Below are positions 19,898 to 30,196 of a stretch of DNA of 64,000 bases, piece by piece. The stretch is taken from positions 12,432 through 76,431 of the forward strand of contig CACDUI010000003.1 of the NCBI GenBank assembly GCA_902555985.1, given 5' to 3'. The position numbers and the translations under genes are program-made. The notes under the pieces are model-generated. The model was not told the DNA's origin. It was given only the letters and a program-made list of their open reading frames with translations, and searched no databases. The DNA is from an uncultured Candidatus Actinomarina sp. (lineage in GTDB: Bacteria; Actinomycetota; Acidimicrobiia; Actinomarinales; Actinomarinaceae). How positions within the stretch are numbered: the stretch's first letter is position 1; the number at the start of each line of letters is the position of its first letter.

Positions 19898-21051
19898 AAG
19901 AAATTGGATTAATTCTTGGAATAAGGCCTGACGTCATAAGGGCAAGTAAAATTATAAAGTTACTTAGTGAGAGTAGTGATATAGATTTTGATTTTATTTG
20001 GTCTGGACAACATTATTCAGAAAATATGAGAGATGTCTTTTTTAATCAATTAAATGTACCGGTTCCAGATTATGAATTTAATATTGATATCAAAAATGAT
20101 GCAACAACTGTCTCTTCTATAATAAATGAAACATACACACATTTAGAAAATCATAAATACAAAGCCGTTATGTTTTTAGGAGATACTAATACAGTTATGG
20201 GCTCAATAGCTGTAGCACAGCACAACATTCCAATTGTTCATATAGAAGGCTGCATGAGATCATATGATTGGAGAATGCCAGAAGAAAAATATAGAAAAAC
20301 AATAGATCATTTATCTGACAGAATATACTCCTATCTACCGTCTTATAAAAAACAGGGACTTAATGAGGGCATTTCTAAAAATATAATAAAAGTAACAGGA
20401 AATCCAATAGTTGATATTCTTGAAGAATTTAAAGATTTATTTAGCTCTGGTTGGGATTATCTAGATGAAAATGTTAAACAGTTTATAAATGATGAAGAAT
20501 TTTTACTTGTTACAAGCCATAGAAGAGAAAATATTTTAAATAAAAACAGCTTAAAAAATATAGTAGATTTGATAAATTCATCTGAAAAAAAAGTATTGTT
20601 TCCAATGGGATATGCTACCCAAAGGCAAATAAAAGAGTTTGGTTTTAATTTGAGCGACAATGTGTTGGTTATAGATCCAATAGGGTATTTAGAATTTATC
20701 TATCTACTAAAAAAATCTCAATATTGTATTTCAGATTCTGGAACAGTTGTTGAAGAGGCATGTATTTTAAATATTCCATCAATACAGATGAGGTACAGTA
20801 CTGAGAGGCCAGAAGTGTATGAGGTTGGTTCATCAATTAAATTTGATCCAACTTTAGAAGATCACAAATTTGAAGAGGTTCATTCAAAGGCAGATAGCTT
20901 GAAGAATATTGAATGGTCACATCCATTTGGGGATGGAACATCATCAAATGTAATAGTTGAGGATTTAATAGACTTAAGCAAGAACAACAAATTTCATATG
21001 CATAGTAAAGAAAATTATGATTTTGACATTTCAAGATCATTTTTACAATGA
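19894..21051 (+). CDS. UDP-HexNAc 2-epimerase, non-hydrolysing (FnlC/WbjD-like)
   Basis: GIRPD, GQHY, LGDTNT, HIEG..RSYD.RMPEE, HRREN, SDSGT..EE, TERPE. Confidence 0.9.
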   Translation: MKEIGLILGIRPDVIRASKIIKLLSESSDIDFDFIWSGQHYSENMRDVFFNQLNVPVPDYEFNIDIKNDATTVSSIINETYTHLENHKYKAVMFLGDTNTVMGSIAVAQHNIPIVHIEGCMRSYDWRMPEEKYRKTIDHLSDRIYSYLPSYKKQGLNEGISKNIIKVTGNPIVDILEEFKDLFSSGWDYLDENVKQFINDEEFLLVTSHRRENILNKNSLKNIVDLINSSEKKVLFPMGYATQRQIKEFGFNLSDNVLVIDPIGYLEFIYLLKKSQYCISDSGTVVEEACILNIPSIQMRYSTERPEVYEVGSSIKFDPTLEDHKFEEVHSKADSLKNIEWSHPFGDGTSSNVIVEDLIDLSKNNKFHMHSKENYDFDISRSFLQ

Positions 21052-22229
21052 AAAAAACTTTATTCCATTCTTTAACATTTCCACCTGACACAATATCAAC
21101 AGGCATGATTGTGTCAGAAATAGCTGATGGAATTAATAGCGAGCTTAATAATGTTGAAGTGTTGGCAAGTTCTCCTCAATATAACATAAAGAGTGCTGAA
21201 TCTTTTAATCATAGTGAAGAAATATTAGATGATGGAATTTATAAAAATATTAAAGTACATTACATAAAATCTAAACTAAGAAAATTTTCCAATTCATCTA
21301 GATTTTTCCAATGGATTGATTTTAATTTTAAATCTATATTATTTATTTATAAAAATAGATCGCAATATGACAATATTTTAATATTCAGTTACCCCCCAAC
21401 TATGAACTTAGTTTGTATATTTACTTCTAAAATTCTTAAAATTAACACTGTTTACTCATTATGGGAGCTGTATCCGGAGATTGCTGAAAAATTAAATGAG
21501 CAACCCAATAAAATACTAAAATTAATTTTTAAATTTATTGATAATTATGCATTAAAAAATGTAAATCAAGTTGTTGTAAATTCAGATGAACTAAAAAATT
21601 ATTTGATAAATAAGCGAAAAATTACATCAAATAAAATTAAGGTAGTTAATCATTTCTCACCATTCAAAAAAAGTGATTACCAGCCAAATTTTGAATTAAA
21701 TAATATTTTTTATGCAGGAAATACAGGTAGGCCCCAAAACTTATCATCATTTTTAAGATATTTCGAAAAATACTTTCCAAGCGAATGGCAATTAGACATA
21801 TATGGTGCTGGTCAAGAATTCAATATCTTGTCCAAATTTTCAACCGAGAATATTCGAATAAATAGTTATTTAGAAAGAAAAGAGCTAGAAAATATAACTA
21901 AAGATATTCCATTTGCATTAATTAGCTTAGATTATGAAATTACTTTTGAGGGATTTCCTGGGAAAACGTTTGATTATTTAAATATGAATAAAGTACTAGT
22001 TAATTTTTCCAATCCAAACTCTGCTGTCTCTAAATTAATTGACAAATATGGCTTGGGATTCAACATAGATTTAGATAATCCTGAAAGCCTTGAACGAAAA
22101 CTTCAGGATATGAAAAATTCTGACGAAATTAATAAAATACAAGAAAATATAAAATATTTTCTGCAAAGTATTTCAAATAAAGAGATTGCTTTCAAAAGCT
22201 ATTTGGAATTAATTAGCTCCTCTTCTTGA
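21048..22229 (+). CDS. Glycosyltransferase family 4 (WbuB-like)
   Basis: FPPD, S.PP, ELYPE, YAGN.G..Q.L, FPGK..DY. Confidence 0.82.
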   Translation: MKKTLFHSLTFPPDTISTGMIVSEIADGINSELNNVEVLASSPQYNIKSAESFNHSEEILDDGIYKNIKVHYIKSKLRKFSNSSRFFQWIDFNFKSILFIYKNRSQYDNILIFSYPPTMNLVCIFTSKILKINTVYSLWELYPEIAEKLNEQPNKILKLIFKFIDNYALKNVNQVVVNSDELKNYLINKRKITSNKIKVVNHFSPFKKSDYQPNFELNNIFYAGNTGRPQNLSSFLRYFEKYFPSEWQLDIYGAGQEFNILSKFSTENIRINSYLERKELENITKDIPFALISLDYEITFEGFPGKTFDYLNMNKVLVNFSNPNSAVSKLIDKYGLGFNIDLDNPESLERKLQDMKNSDEINKIQENIKYFLQSISNKEIAFKSYLELISSSS

Positions 22230-22826
22230 AATTACAGAAATAATTGTTTTAATAATTATCTGTAAATCATATATAAATGATTTTTTTTCTACATATATTA
22301 AGTCCCAGTAAAGCCTCTCTTGGAGACTTAGGTCTAAACGGCCTTGAATTTGAGCTAACCCAGTGATACCTGGTTTTATTGAGTTTCTAGATTCTAAATA
22401 CTCACCATACAAATCAGACTCATATTTAACAAGTGGTCTAGGTCCTACAAACGACATTTGTCCAAATAAAACATTTAATATATTAGGCAACTCGTCAAGA
22501 GAGGTTTTCCTCAAAAAACTTCCTATGTTTGTAATTCTGTCATCGTTTTCAATTCTTATGGGATCATCTGGACTCAATGATGGATGAATATTTTTATTTA
22601 AGGATAAATTTTTATAGTGATCTTCATGAATAGACTCATCAGAGGATTCTGTCATAGTTCTAAATTTGTATAATCTAAACTCCTTACCATTTAGACCTAC
22701 TCGGTATTGAGAATAAATGATAGGTTTTGAATCTAAAATTAATATTAAAATTGAAATTATTGGAAGAACAATTATTGAAATTGGCAAAATAAAAATTAAT
22801 AGGATAATATCTAATAAATATTTCAT
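22209..22826 (-). CDS. Bacterial sugar transferase (monotopic phosphoglycosyl transferase, PglC/WbaP C-domain type)
   Basis: R.G..G..F..YKFRTM, D.R.T..G.FLRKTSLDELP, MSFVGPRP, KPGITGLAQ. ATG 22826 is preferred over TTG 22844. Confidence 0.93.
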   Translation of the reverse strand: MKYLLDIILLIFILPISIIVLPIISILILILDSKPIIYSQYRVGLNGKEFRLYKFRTMTESSDESIHEDHYKNLSLNKNIHPSLSPDDPIRIENDDRITNIGSFLRKTSLDELPNILNVLFGQMSFVGPRPLVKYESDLYGEYLESRNSIKPGITGLAQIQGRLDLSLQERLYWDLIYVEKKSFIYDLQIIIKTIISVISRRGAN

Positions 22827-22893
22827 AACATTAACTTTAAACAAAAATAATTTAACTTCTTTAAATAAAAAATTTTACATTAAAGTTAGATAA

Positions 22894-24726
22894 ATGTGTG
22901 GAATAGGTGGAATTGTAAGTTTTAACAATTCTGAAATTGACCAAAAATTATCGGATGATATTAAAAATTCCCTAAATCATAGGGGACCAGATCATTCATT
23001 AACAAAAAAAATTCATCAAAACTGTACTTTTGTTCATTCTCGCTTAGCAATTATAGACCTTAACCCAAGGTCTAATCAGCCTTTTTCTACAGATGATAAT
23101 AAATACCATATAGTCTTCAATGGTGAAATTTTTAATTATAAAGAATTAAGAAGTGAATTAAGCAGTTTGGGTTATAAATTTAAATCAGAAGGTGATACAG
23201 AAGTATTACTTGCTGGATATCAACATTTTGGTGAAGCAATTTTAAATAAGCTAATTGGACAATTTGCATTTGTTATAGCTGATTACAATAAAAATCACTA
23301 TTTTATGGCTAGAGATCGAATTGGACTGAAGCCACTTTACTTTTCAATAAGTAATCAGTACCTTGTTTTCTCTTCAGAATTTAATGCTTTAAATGCATCA
23401 GATCTAGTAAACTTCTCACCAAATAAAGAAGCGTATGTCAGCTACTTAAGACACTTAGCTGTTCCAAATGGATCTACTGGTAATGAAAATATTCAAAAAG
23501 TACAACCAGGCGAATTTATAGTTGTTGATCTTGAAGGAAATTTGAAAAAAGAACTTTATTGGGATCCTTTTGATTATGTCACTGAAAAAGACATTACACG
23601 TACGGAAGCAGTTGATCGTTTAGATGAGTTACTGAAAAGCTCTGTAGAGTATAGAAAAATTAGTGATGTTGAAGTTGGGTTGTACCTTTCTGGCGGCCTA
23701 GATTCAACCCTAATAGGATCTCTCCTTGCTGCTGATACAAAAATAAAAAGTTTTAATGTAGATTACGATGAAATATTTGATGGATACAGGGGAGAGTATC
23801 AAGAAGCCAAATTTAGTGCAGATCAAATTGAAGTTGATTTAATACATAAATCAATAAGCTTTGAAGAATTTAAATCAATTATTTCAGACTATTCATTTTT
23901 ACAGGACGATTTAATAGGGGACGAAGTAGGTATCCCTCTATATTTCTTAGGTAAGCTAACAAAGTCAAATGGACTAAAGGTAGTTCAAGTTGGTGAGGGT
24001 GCTGATGAACTGTTTTATGGATATGAGCATTGGCTCAGATTTGCAAAGCTTTATAAAAGTACTCCAAAAATGCAAAAATCAACTGCGAAAAATAACTTTA
24101 AATCGCATAGAGCTAACCTTTTATTGAATATAATTCAAAATAACAATCCATTTCCAGGTGGTGCTTTAGGTTTTAACTTAGCCCAAATCAAACAATTAGT
24201 GGAATTTGATTTCGCAAACAATTCAAATCTTATTAACTATTCCGATAATTTATGGGAAAATTATTTATCAAGAGAAGATTTTTCAATTACAAAATGGATG
24301 ACTTTAATTGATTTAAAGATAAGACTGCCTGAACTTTTATTAATGAGAATGGATAAGCTAAGTATGCAATCAGGTGTTGAAGCAAGAGTACCTTTCCTAG
24401 ATCATCGAATTGTTGAATTTGTTTTAAGTCTTCCAGAAAATATTATTTTTGATTTGAAAAGAACTAAACCACTGCTTAAAGAGCTATCAACCAGACACAT
24501 TCCTGAAAAGGTTCTTAATAGAAAAAAACAGGGTTTTAGAGCTCCTATTTCAAATTGGATCCAAAGAGATCCAGACTATTTTTTCGACAGAATTTATGAA
24601 TTTAATTCAAGCTACAATTTTTTTAATAAAAAAGAGCTAAATAAAACACTCAAAGGTGGAGATGTACAAAAGATTTGGTATATTTATAATTTATCAAGCT
24701 GGCATCTATCAAGGATGGTCAAATAA
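22894..24726 (+). CDS. asnB: Asparagine synthase-type glutamine amidotransferase, probably glycan amidation
   Basis: MCGI, HRGPD, RLAIID, FNGEI, RDR.G.KPL, LSGGLDS, GEGADELF.GY, EARVPFLD, KKQGF. Confidence 0.92.
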   Translation: MCGIGGIVSFNNSEIDQKLSDDIKNSLNHRGPDHSLTKKIHQNCTFVHSRLAIIDLNPRSNQPFSTDDNKYHIVFNGEIFNYKELRSELSSLGYKFKSEGDTEVLLAGYQHFGEAILNKLIGQFAFVIADYNKNHYFMARDRIGLKPLYFSISNQYLVFSSEFNALNASDLVNFSPNKEAYVSYLRHLAVPNGSTGNENIQKVQPGEFIVVDLEGNLKKELYWDPFDYVTEKDITRTEAVDRLDELLKSSVEYRKISDVEVGLYLSGGLDSTLIGSLLAADTKIKSFNVDYDEIFDGYRGEYQEAKFSADQIEVDLIHKSISFEEFKSIISDYSFLQDDLIGDEVGIPLYFLGKLTKSNGLKVVQVGEGADELFYGYEHWLRFAKLYKSTPKMQKSTAKNNFKSHRANLLLNIIQNNNPFPGGALGFNLAQIKQLVEFDFANNSNLINYSDNLWENYLSREDFSITKWMTLIDLKIRLPELLLMRMDKLSMQSGVEARVPFLDHRIVEFVLSLPENIIFDLKRTKPLLKELSTRHIPEKVLNRKKQGFRAPISNWIQRDPDYFFDRIYEFNSSYNFFNKKELNKTLKGGDVQKIWYIYNLSSWHLSRMVK

Positions 24727-25943
24727 TGTTTGCAACTTGGAAGAAAAATACGTTTTATATTTCATTAATGCAAATAGTTCTATTGGTTGTTAATTTTTTT
24801 CTTATAACTATTATTTCTAGAGAATATGGGGCAGAAATATACGGGGAGTACGCCTCTGCAAAGAGTTTATCTGTTTTATTAGGTACAGTAACAGTTTTAT
24901 CTTTGGCTCTTGTGGTGACAAGAACAAGTGCGAATATTGAAAACTTTGACAAAGGTCTCTTTTACACAACTTATAAAACAATAATTAGAAATACGATACT
25001 TGCATGTGTTCTTGTAGTGCCTTTATCGACCTTGTTTGGTAGAAATAGTGTCTATGTTTTCATATTTTTAATTGGTTTTGTATTTAACGAAATGCTTCAT
25101 GTTGCACTTGCATATCATCAATCAAAAGGAGATTTTGTTATTAGTTCTAAGCAGATAATTATAAGAACAATCTTATACGGTATTGGTGGTTGGTTAATAA
25201 TCTATTTTCAATATTCAATATTTTGGGTAATTGTTTTTCAAACGTTTATATTAATTATTTTTTCTATTGTTGCGCACAACTCTTTGCCTAATGAGAGAGT
25301 ATCTATAGAAGATAATTATTCATCTCAAGATCTTACAAATTCTGGAAGAAAAATGGTATTAACAACTTTCTCAGCAGCACTCTTGTCAGAACTAGATATA
25401 GTGATTCTTGGAGTTTTTTACTCTGGACCTATCCTTGGTGTATTAGCTTGGTCGAAAAGAATACTTGAAGGATTATATCAACTAGTTGGAGCGAGCCTAG
25501 ATATAGTTTTTCCCGAAATATCAAAACTTAATGATACAGAAGAGATTTCTGGCGTTAGGAGTAAATTACGGATAGTCATTTTAATTTCACTCCTAATCCC
25601 AGTTACTTATATTCTTTTAGAAAATGTTGCTAAGAGTGTTTTTATAAATGTTTTAGGATCTGAATTTGAAAATCTTGCTTCTATATTTAGCGTAGTTATA
25701 TTTTCTTTACCATTTATGCTTTGGTCAAGGATAAATATTATCTTTGCACGAGCTATGCACTACGAAATAGATTTATTTAAAATTATAATAGCTGCAGCGT
25801 CCTCATCATTTTTATTGTATTTCATAAATGATACGTACAATTATTTTGCAATAGAATATGGTATTTTAGGCTCACAAATACTGTTCTCTATTTTTACGTC
25901 GTTCTTAATAAATAGCCATATAAAAAAAGAAAGGAATATGTAA
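24726..25943 (+). CDS. Wzx-type oligosaccharide flippase (MOP family)
   Basis: About 12 TM segments, SR.YG...YG.Y near the N-terminus, LD.VILG, and position in a glycan cluster. Confidence 0.75.
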   Translation: MFATWKKNTFYISLMQIVLLVVNFFLITIISREYGAEIYGEYASAKSLSVLLGTVTVLSLALVVTRTSANIENFDKGLFYTTYKTIIRNTILACVLVVPLSTLFGRNSVYVFIFLIGFVFNEMLHVALAYHQSKGDFVISSKQIIIRTILYGIGGWLIIYFQYSIFWVIVFQTFILIIFSIVAHNSLPNERVSIEDNYSSQDLTNSGRKMVLTTFSAALLSELDIVILGVFYSGPILGVLAWSKRILEGLYQLVGASLDIVFPEISKLNDTEEISGVRSKLRIVILISLLIPVTYILLENVAKSVFINVLGSEFENLASIFSVVIFSLPFMLWSRINIIFARAMHYEIDLFKIIIAAASSSFLLYFINDTYNYFAIEYGILGSQILFSIFTSFLINSHIKKERNM

Positions 25944-25948
25944 AAAAT

Positions 25949-27604
25949 TTGAAACTATTAATTTATAATTTTTTATTTTTGTTTAAACGAAACAGATATT
26001 CTTATTACAAAGCTTCTGGTAAAAATTATTCGTATTCACATCCAGACTATTTTCAAGATATCCTTACTTTTTTAACTAAGAACGTCAATAAAAAAGATTT
26101 AAAAAACATATTTCAAAACTTTCTCTTGGAGAAAACTTACGTTTTTGGAAGAAATGTTGAAATTATTTTTAATAAGGATTTCTTCAATAATTTTATATTT
26201 AGTAACAAAGTAAAAAAGCCAGCATTTTTTAATAAAGCTGATGTTAAAGTTCCTTATGAAATTGGAAGATTACAATTTTTACAAAAAGTAATGCTGCATC
26301 TCTTTATAGAAGAAAATCAGGATACTAAGTTAAATATAAGTTACCTTAATGAAGTTATTTCATCACAAAAAAATAAAATAATTTGGAATAGTCCTATGGA
26401 TGTTGCAATAAGAATGATGAGTTTAATATTTGTAAAAAATTTTAGTAACAAAATTGAATTCTTTAAAGAATCTTCTATATACGAAAATTTAGATTCAATT
26501 ATTTCAAAAGATTTTGAATTTGTAAAAATGAATTATGAAAAAAAAGGTAATGTCGTTGGAAATCATTATTTTGTTGAATTGACATCTACATTGTTTTTTA
26601 TTGCTAATTATGATTACGATGGCAAAGAAGTAGATTTAAGATTAACTATTGACGAGATTTCAAAAGAAATAGAATTACAATTTAATAAAGATTTTACAAA
26701 TTTTGAAGGTTCTTCTCATTACACAGCACTCATGATGGAAGCCTTAGTAGTTATTTATATATCCCTTCGAAGTCTAAAGATAGAAAATGAACTTTATAAA
26801 AAAATTAAGGAAATACTAATTGTTAATAATTATTTTCTTAAATTAATTACTAATAATGGTGAGTTATCTCAAATAGGAGATAATGACTCCGGAAGATTAT
26901 TTTATTTTCAACATGATGAACAAGAGCCTTTAAACTTACAATGGTTAAGTTTTCTAATAGAAGAAATTATTCCTGAGTGTAAAAATTATAAACATATTTC
27001 TGAAAATATTGATGAATCAGAAAAAATTGACTTTTCCGTATTAAATAATGTGACTCATAAAGAAATTAAAGCATTCAAGAATGATTTCATCCACTATTCC
27101 TTTCCAGAATTTGGATTATTTATATGGAAGAATTCAGATGATTATTTTTCAATAAGATGCGGTGAAGTTGGCCAAAATGGTGTTGGGGGACATTCTCATT
27201 ATGACCAGCTATCCATTGAGTGTTTTTTAAACAATCAATGGATTGCAAGAGATCCTGGCACTGGAACATACACAGATGATATCAAGAAAAGAAATAAATT
27301 TAGATCTCTCGAATACCACTGGGGGCCTCTGGTAGAAATGAATTTACCAAAAGAAGATGCATTTGATTGTTTTAAATTAAATTATATGAGTAATGGAAAA
27401 GTTTTAAAATTTGATAAGTTTAATTTTGTTGGATATGCAGATTTTAATGGAAAAAGAGTATATCGAAAAGTTTCATTATCTGAGGAGACTATCACTATTC
27501 AAGATTTTTCAAGTGATGTTGAACTTGATGAATATACTTCATGGGGAGAAGAAAATAATGGAATCAAAGTTGAGTTTTCAGAAGGATATAAAAGATTTAT
27601 ATGA
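25949..27604 (+). CDS. Heparinase II/III family protein
   Basis: D.KVPYE.GR.Q, MDVAIR, GNHY, FEGS..Y, IGDNDSGR, GGHSH.D.LS, DPGT..Y, FRS...H. Confidence 0.82.
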   Translation: MKLLIYNFLFLFKRNRYSYYKASGKNYSYSHPDYFQDILTFLTKNVNKKDLKNIFQNFLLEKTYVFGRNVEIIFNKDFFNNFIFSNKVKKPAFFNKADVKVPYEIGRLQFLQKVMLHLFIEENQDTKLNISYLNEVISSQKNKIIWNSPMDVAIRMMSLIFVKNFSNKIEFFKESSIYENLDSIISKDFEFVKMNYEKKGNVVGNHYFVELTSTLFFIANYDYDGKEVDLRLTIDEISKEIELQFNKDFTNFEGSSHYTALMMEALVVIYISLRSLKIENELYKKIKEILIVNNYFLKLITNNGELSQIGDNDSGRLFYFQHDEQEPLNLQWLSFLIEEIIPECKNYKHISENIDESEKIDFSVLNNVTHKEIKAFKNDFIHYSFPEFGLFIWKNSDDYFSIRCGEVGQNGVGGHSHYDQLSIECFLNNQWIARDPGTGTYTDDIKKRNKFRSLEYHWGPLVEMNLPKEDAFDCFKLNYMSNGKVLKFDKFNFVGYADFNGKRVYRKVSLSEETITIQDFSSDVELDEYTSWGEENNGIKVEFSEGYKRFI

Positions 27605-28983
27605 AAATAAAAAACTTAAATTTACCTTTACTTATATTTGCAATAGCATTCTTTTTGGAGGGTTTAGACGCTTTTTCTATTGCTAAAATTCCTTTATCTT
27701 GGATCGGAATACTAGCTTATGTCTTTATATTTATTTATCTAAAATTTACTAAAAAAATTGAATATATTTTTGACATAACATTCATTAAGTATTTTCTGTA
27801 TTATTTAATTTTTGTCACAATAATCAGAGCCATAACCTTTGATTTAAACATGCCAGAATATGCCTCGACTTCACTTGTTGAATATATTGGACTTAGATTG
27901 TTGAAAATCTTAAGTTTTTACACAATAATTTCTCTAACTATTCACTTTATAAAGAAAAAAAATATTGAATACGTAATTAAACTTTTTGCATATATTGCCG
28001 TATTTATTTCTCTTTTATCTTTGTATTCTTATTTTTCTTATATATTCGATTGGACTGATTTTTCGCGTACCAGGGCTGGGACTGGTGGTTGGTCACAACC
28101 TATAAGAAGGGCGTGTTCAATTTTAAGGAATTATGGAACATTTAGAGAACCAAGTTTTCTTGCGGTATGGGTAACCCCAGCCATTCCTCTTATTTTTTAT
28201 TTAGCTAGGAAGTCAAAGATATGGTATTTAATCTCATTAATTCCAATATTGTCATTAGTTTTAACGAGAAGCCTTACCGGAATCATAAGTGTTATATTTG
28301 TTTTTTCTATTGCAATACTTTTAGATTTTTATAAAAATAGAACCTTTAATTTTTTGTTAGTATTACCAATTTTATTTATATTTCTAATGACTATATTTGG
28401 TAATAACTTTGGTTATAAATTTCCTGCACTTGACCCTTCAATGTGCCCACCAGAATCAGCAGATAAATGCGATTGTTCTATTTATGACAATGAACAAGAT
28501 ATTGCTAAGAATTCAAGTAACGTATATCAAAGTGTTTTTAATAGGATTTCTATAATTGCTTCTGGTGGAATCGGTGGATTTGAAAATATTGACATATTGA
28601 GTCAATACATTGGGAACAGTAATTTAAAAATTTTTGGAGATGGCCTTGGGCTTTCAAACATTAGATACTCTCCAGAGTTTGCTGAAATTACTAAACAAAC
28701 AAAAGATGGCCAATCAATTTACAGAAATCCTGGTCAAGTAGTGTCATTTAATAATCTTTATGCAAATTTATATTTTTCTGGTGGAATTATTGCTTTGTTA
28801 ATGTTTTTAATAATTTTAAGAAATATTTTTAAACAGTTATTTAAAAATGATTCAATTCTTGATACTTATTTATTTATTGGTTTTCTAACGATATTGCTCA
28901 TGTTTTTCTTTCAAGCAGAAGAATTAAGCTCTCAGCTTGCAATTTATTTTGGTTTAATAACAATGAAAATGTCACATGAATAA
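27601..28983 (+). CDS. Wzy-like polymerase/O-antigen ligase family membrane protein
   Basis: R.YGTF.EPS, LTRS.TG, G.GLG, NLY...YF.GG; polytopic membrane protein. Confidence 0.75.
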   Translation: MKIKNLNLPLLIFAIAFFLEGLDAFSIAKIPLSWIGILAYVFIFIYLKFTKKIEYIFDITFIKYFLYYLIFVTIIRAITFDLNMPEYASTSLVEYIGLRLLKILSFYTIISLTIHFIKKKNIEYVIKLFAYIAVFISLLSLYSYFSYIFDWTDFSRTRAGTGGWSQPIRRACSILRNYGTFREPSFLAVWVTPAIPLIFYLARKSKIWYLISLIPILSLVLTRSLTGIISVIFVFSIAILLDFYKNRTFNFLLVLPILFIFLMTIFGNNFGYKFPALDPSMCPPESADKCDCSIYDNEQDIAKNSSNVYQSVFNRISIIASGGIGGFENIDILSQYIGNSNLKIFGDGLGLSNIRYSPEFAEITKQTKDGQSIYRNPGQVVSFNNLYANLYFSGGIIALLMFLIILRNIFKQLFKNDSILDTYLFIGFLTILLMFFFQAEELSSQLAIYFGLITMKMSHE

Positions 28984-30196
28984 TACAAAAAAAATTCTTA
29001 TCGTCACACATCAATTCATACCACACCAAAGCCCAAGGACCACGCGTTGGAAATTGCTATATGATGAATTGATTGAATCAGGTTGTGATGTCACAGTTAT
29101 TACTGGAACATCACAATTAAGTGAAGATCCTAATATAAAATATGTAGGCAATAAAAAGGCTAGTGGAATTGTCAAAAACTTAAGAATCCAATCAAATATT
29201 AAACAGGATTCACATTATAAAAATTATTTATACAAACTACTTAAGAAAATTTATAGATTTTTTTATAAATTTTTTGCATGGCCAGACTATACAATGTTTT
29301 GGATATTTTCTATTTGGAAAAATCGAAAAAAAATTGATATAGATTATGATTTAATTATATCCGTGAGTCTTCCATTTTCTTCTCATGTTGCTGCATATAT
29401 TATTAATAAAGATAAAAATAAAAAATGGATAATGGACATTGGGGATCCATTTAGCCTAAAGACTAACGCCTTTGAAAATAATCGATTTCTCTATAAATCT
29501 CTTAACTATTATTTCGAGAATAAATTTTATAAAAAAGCATATCAAGTAGTTTTTACTCATCAAGAATCTGCTGATGAACATAAAATCTTTTTTAATATGC
29601 CAGAAAATAAAGTCACTATTGGTAGCCCTATCAGTACTTTTAGTCAGGAATTATTTCAAAAATCAGTTTCATTTAATTATGAAGCAAAGCCGATTACGAT
29701 CGGTTACTTTGGAGTACTTACTAAAGGTGTTCGGTCTCCCAGCCAGGTATTAAAGTTTTTTCAGCAAACAGATTTTGTACTACATTGGTATACAAATTCA
29801 GATTCAAAAGAGATGATTAAACAGAATAAAATTGATTTTAACCGTAATAAATTATTTGATATGGTCACTAGAAACGAAGCTTTAGAAAAAATGGTAACTT
29901 CTTTACATTGTCTTTTATCTATAGGGAATTTAAATCCGTCTCAACTACCTAGTAAAATTATTGAATACATATCAACGGGAAAACCAGTTTTACATTTTGT
30001 AGAAATCAAAGACGATCCAGTATTAGAAATTGCTAAAGAATTTAGCAATCTTATCGTTATTGATAAAAATTCAAATATTACGGAAGTTGAACAACAATTA
30101 AATAATGTGTTTATAAATATTGAAAAGTTTGATATTAAGAAATTTAATGAAAATTACTCAACTAGGGCAGTAACTAATAAGTTAAATATAATTTAA
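28976..30196 (+). CDS. Glycosyltransferase family 4-like
   Basis: WPD...W, S.PFSSH, W.MD.GDP, LPSKIIEYI.TGKP. Confidence 0.8.
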   Translation: MNNTKKILIVTHQFIPHQSPRTTRWKLLYDELIESGCDVTVITGTSQLSEDPNIKYVGNKKASGIVKNLRIQSNIKQDSHYKNYLYKLLKKIYRFFYKFFAWPDYTMFWIFSIWKNRKKIDIDYDLIISVSLPFSSHVAAYIINKDKNKKWIMDIGDPFSLKTNAFENNRFLYKSLNYYFENKFYKKAYQVVFTHQESADEHKIFFNMPENKVTIGSPISTFSQELFQKSVSFNYEAKPITIGYFGVLTKGVRSPSQVLKFFQQTDFVLHWYTNSDSKEMIKQNKIDFNRNKLFDMVTRNEALEKMVTSLHCLLSIGNLNPSQLPSKIIEYISTGKPVLHFVEIKDDPVLEIAKEFSNLIVIDKNSNITEVEQQLNNVFINIEKFDIKKFNENYSTRAVTNKLNII

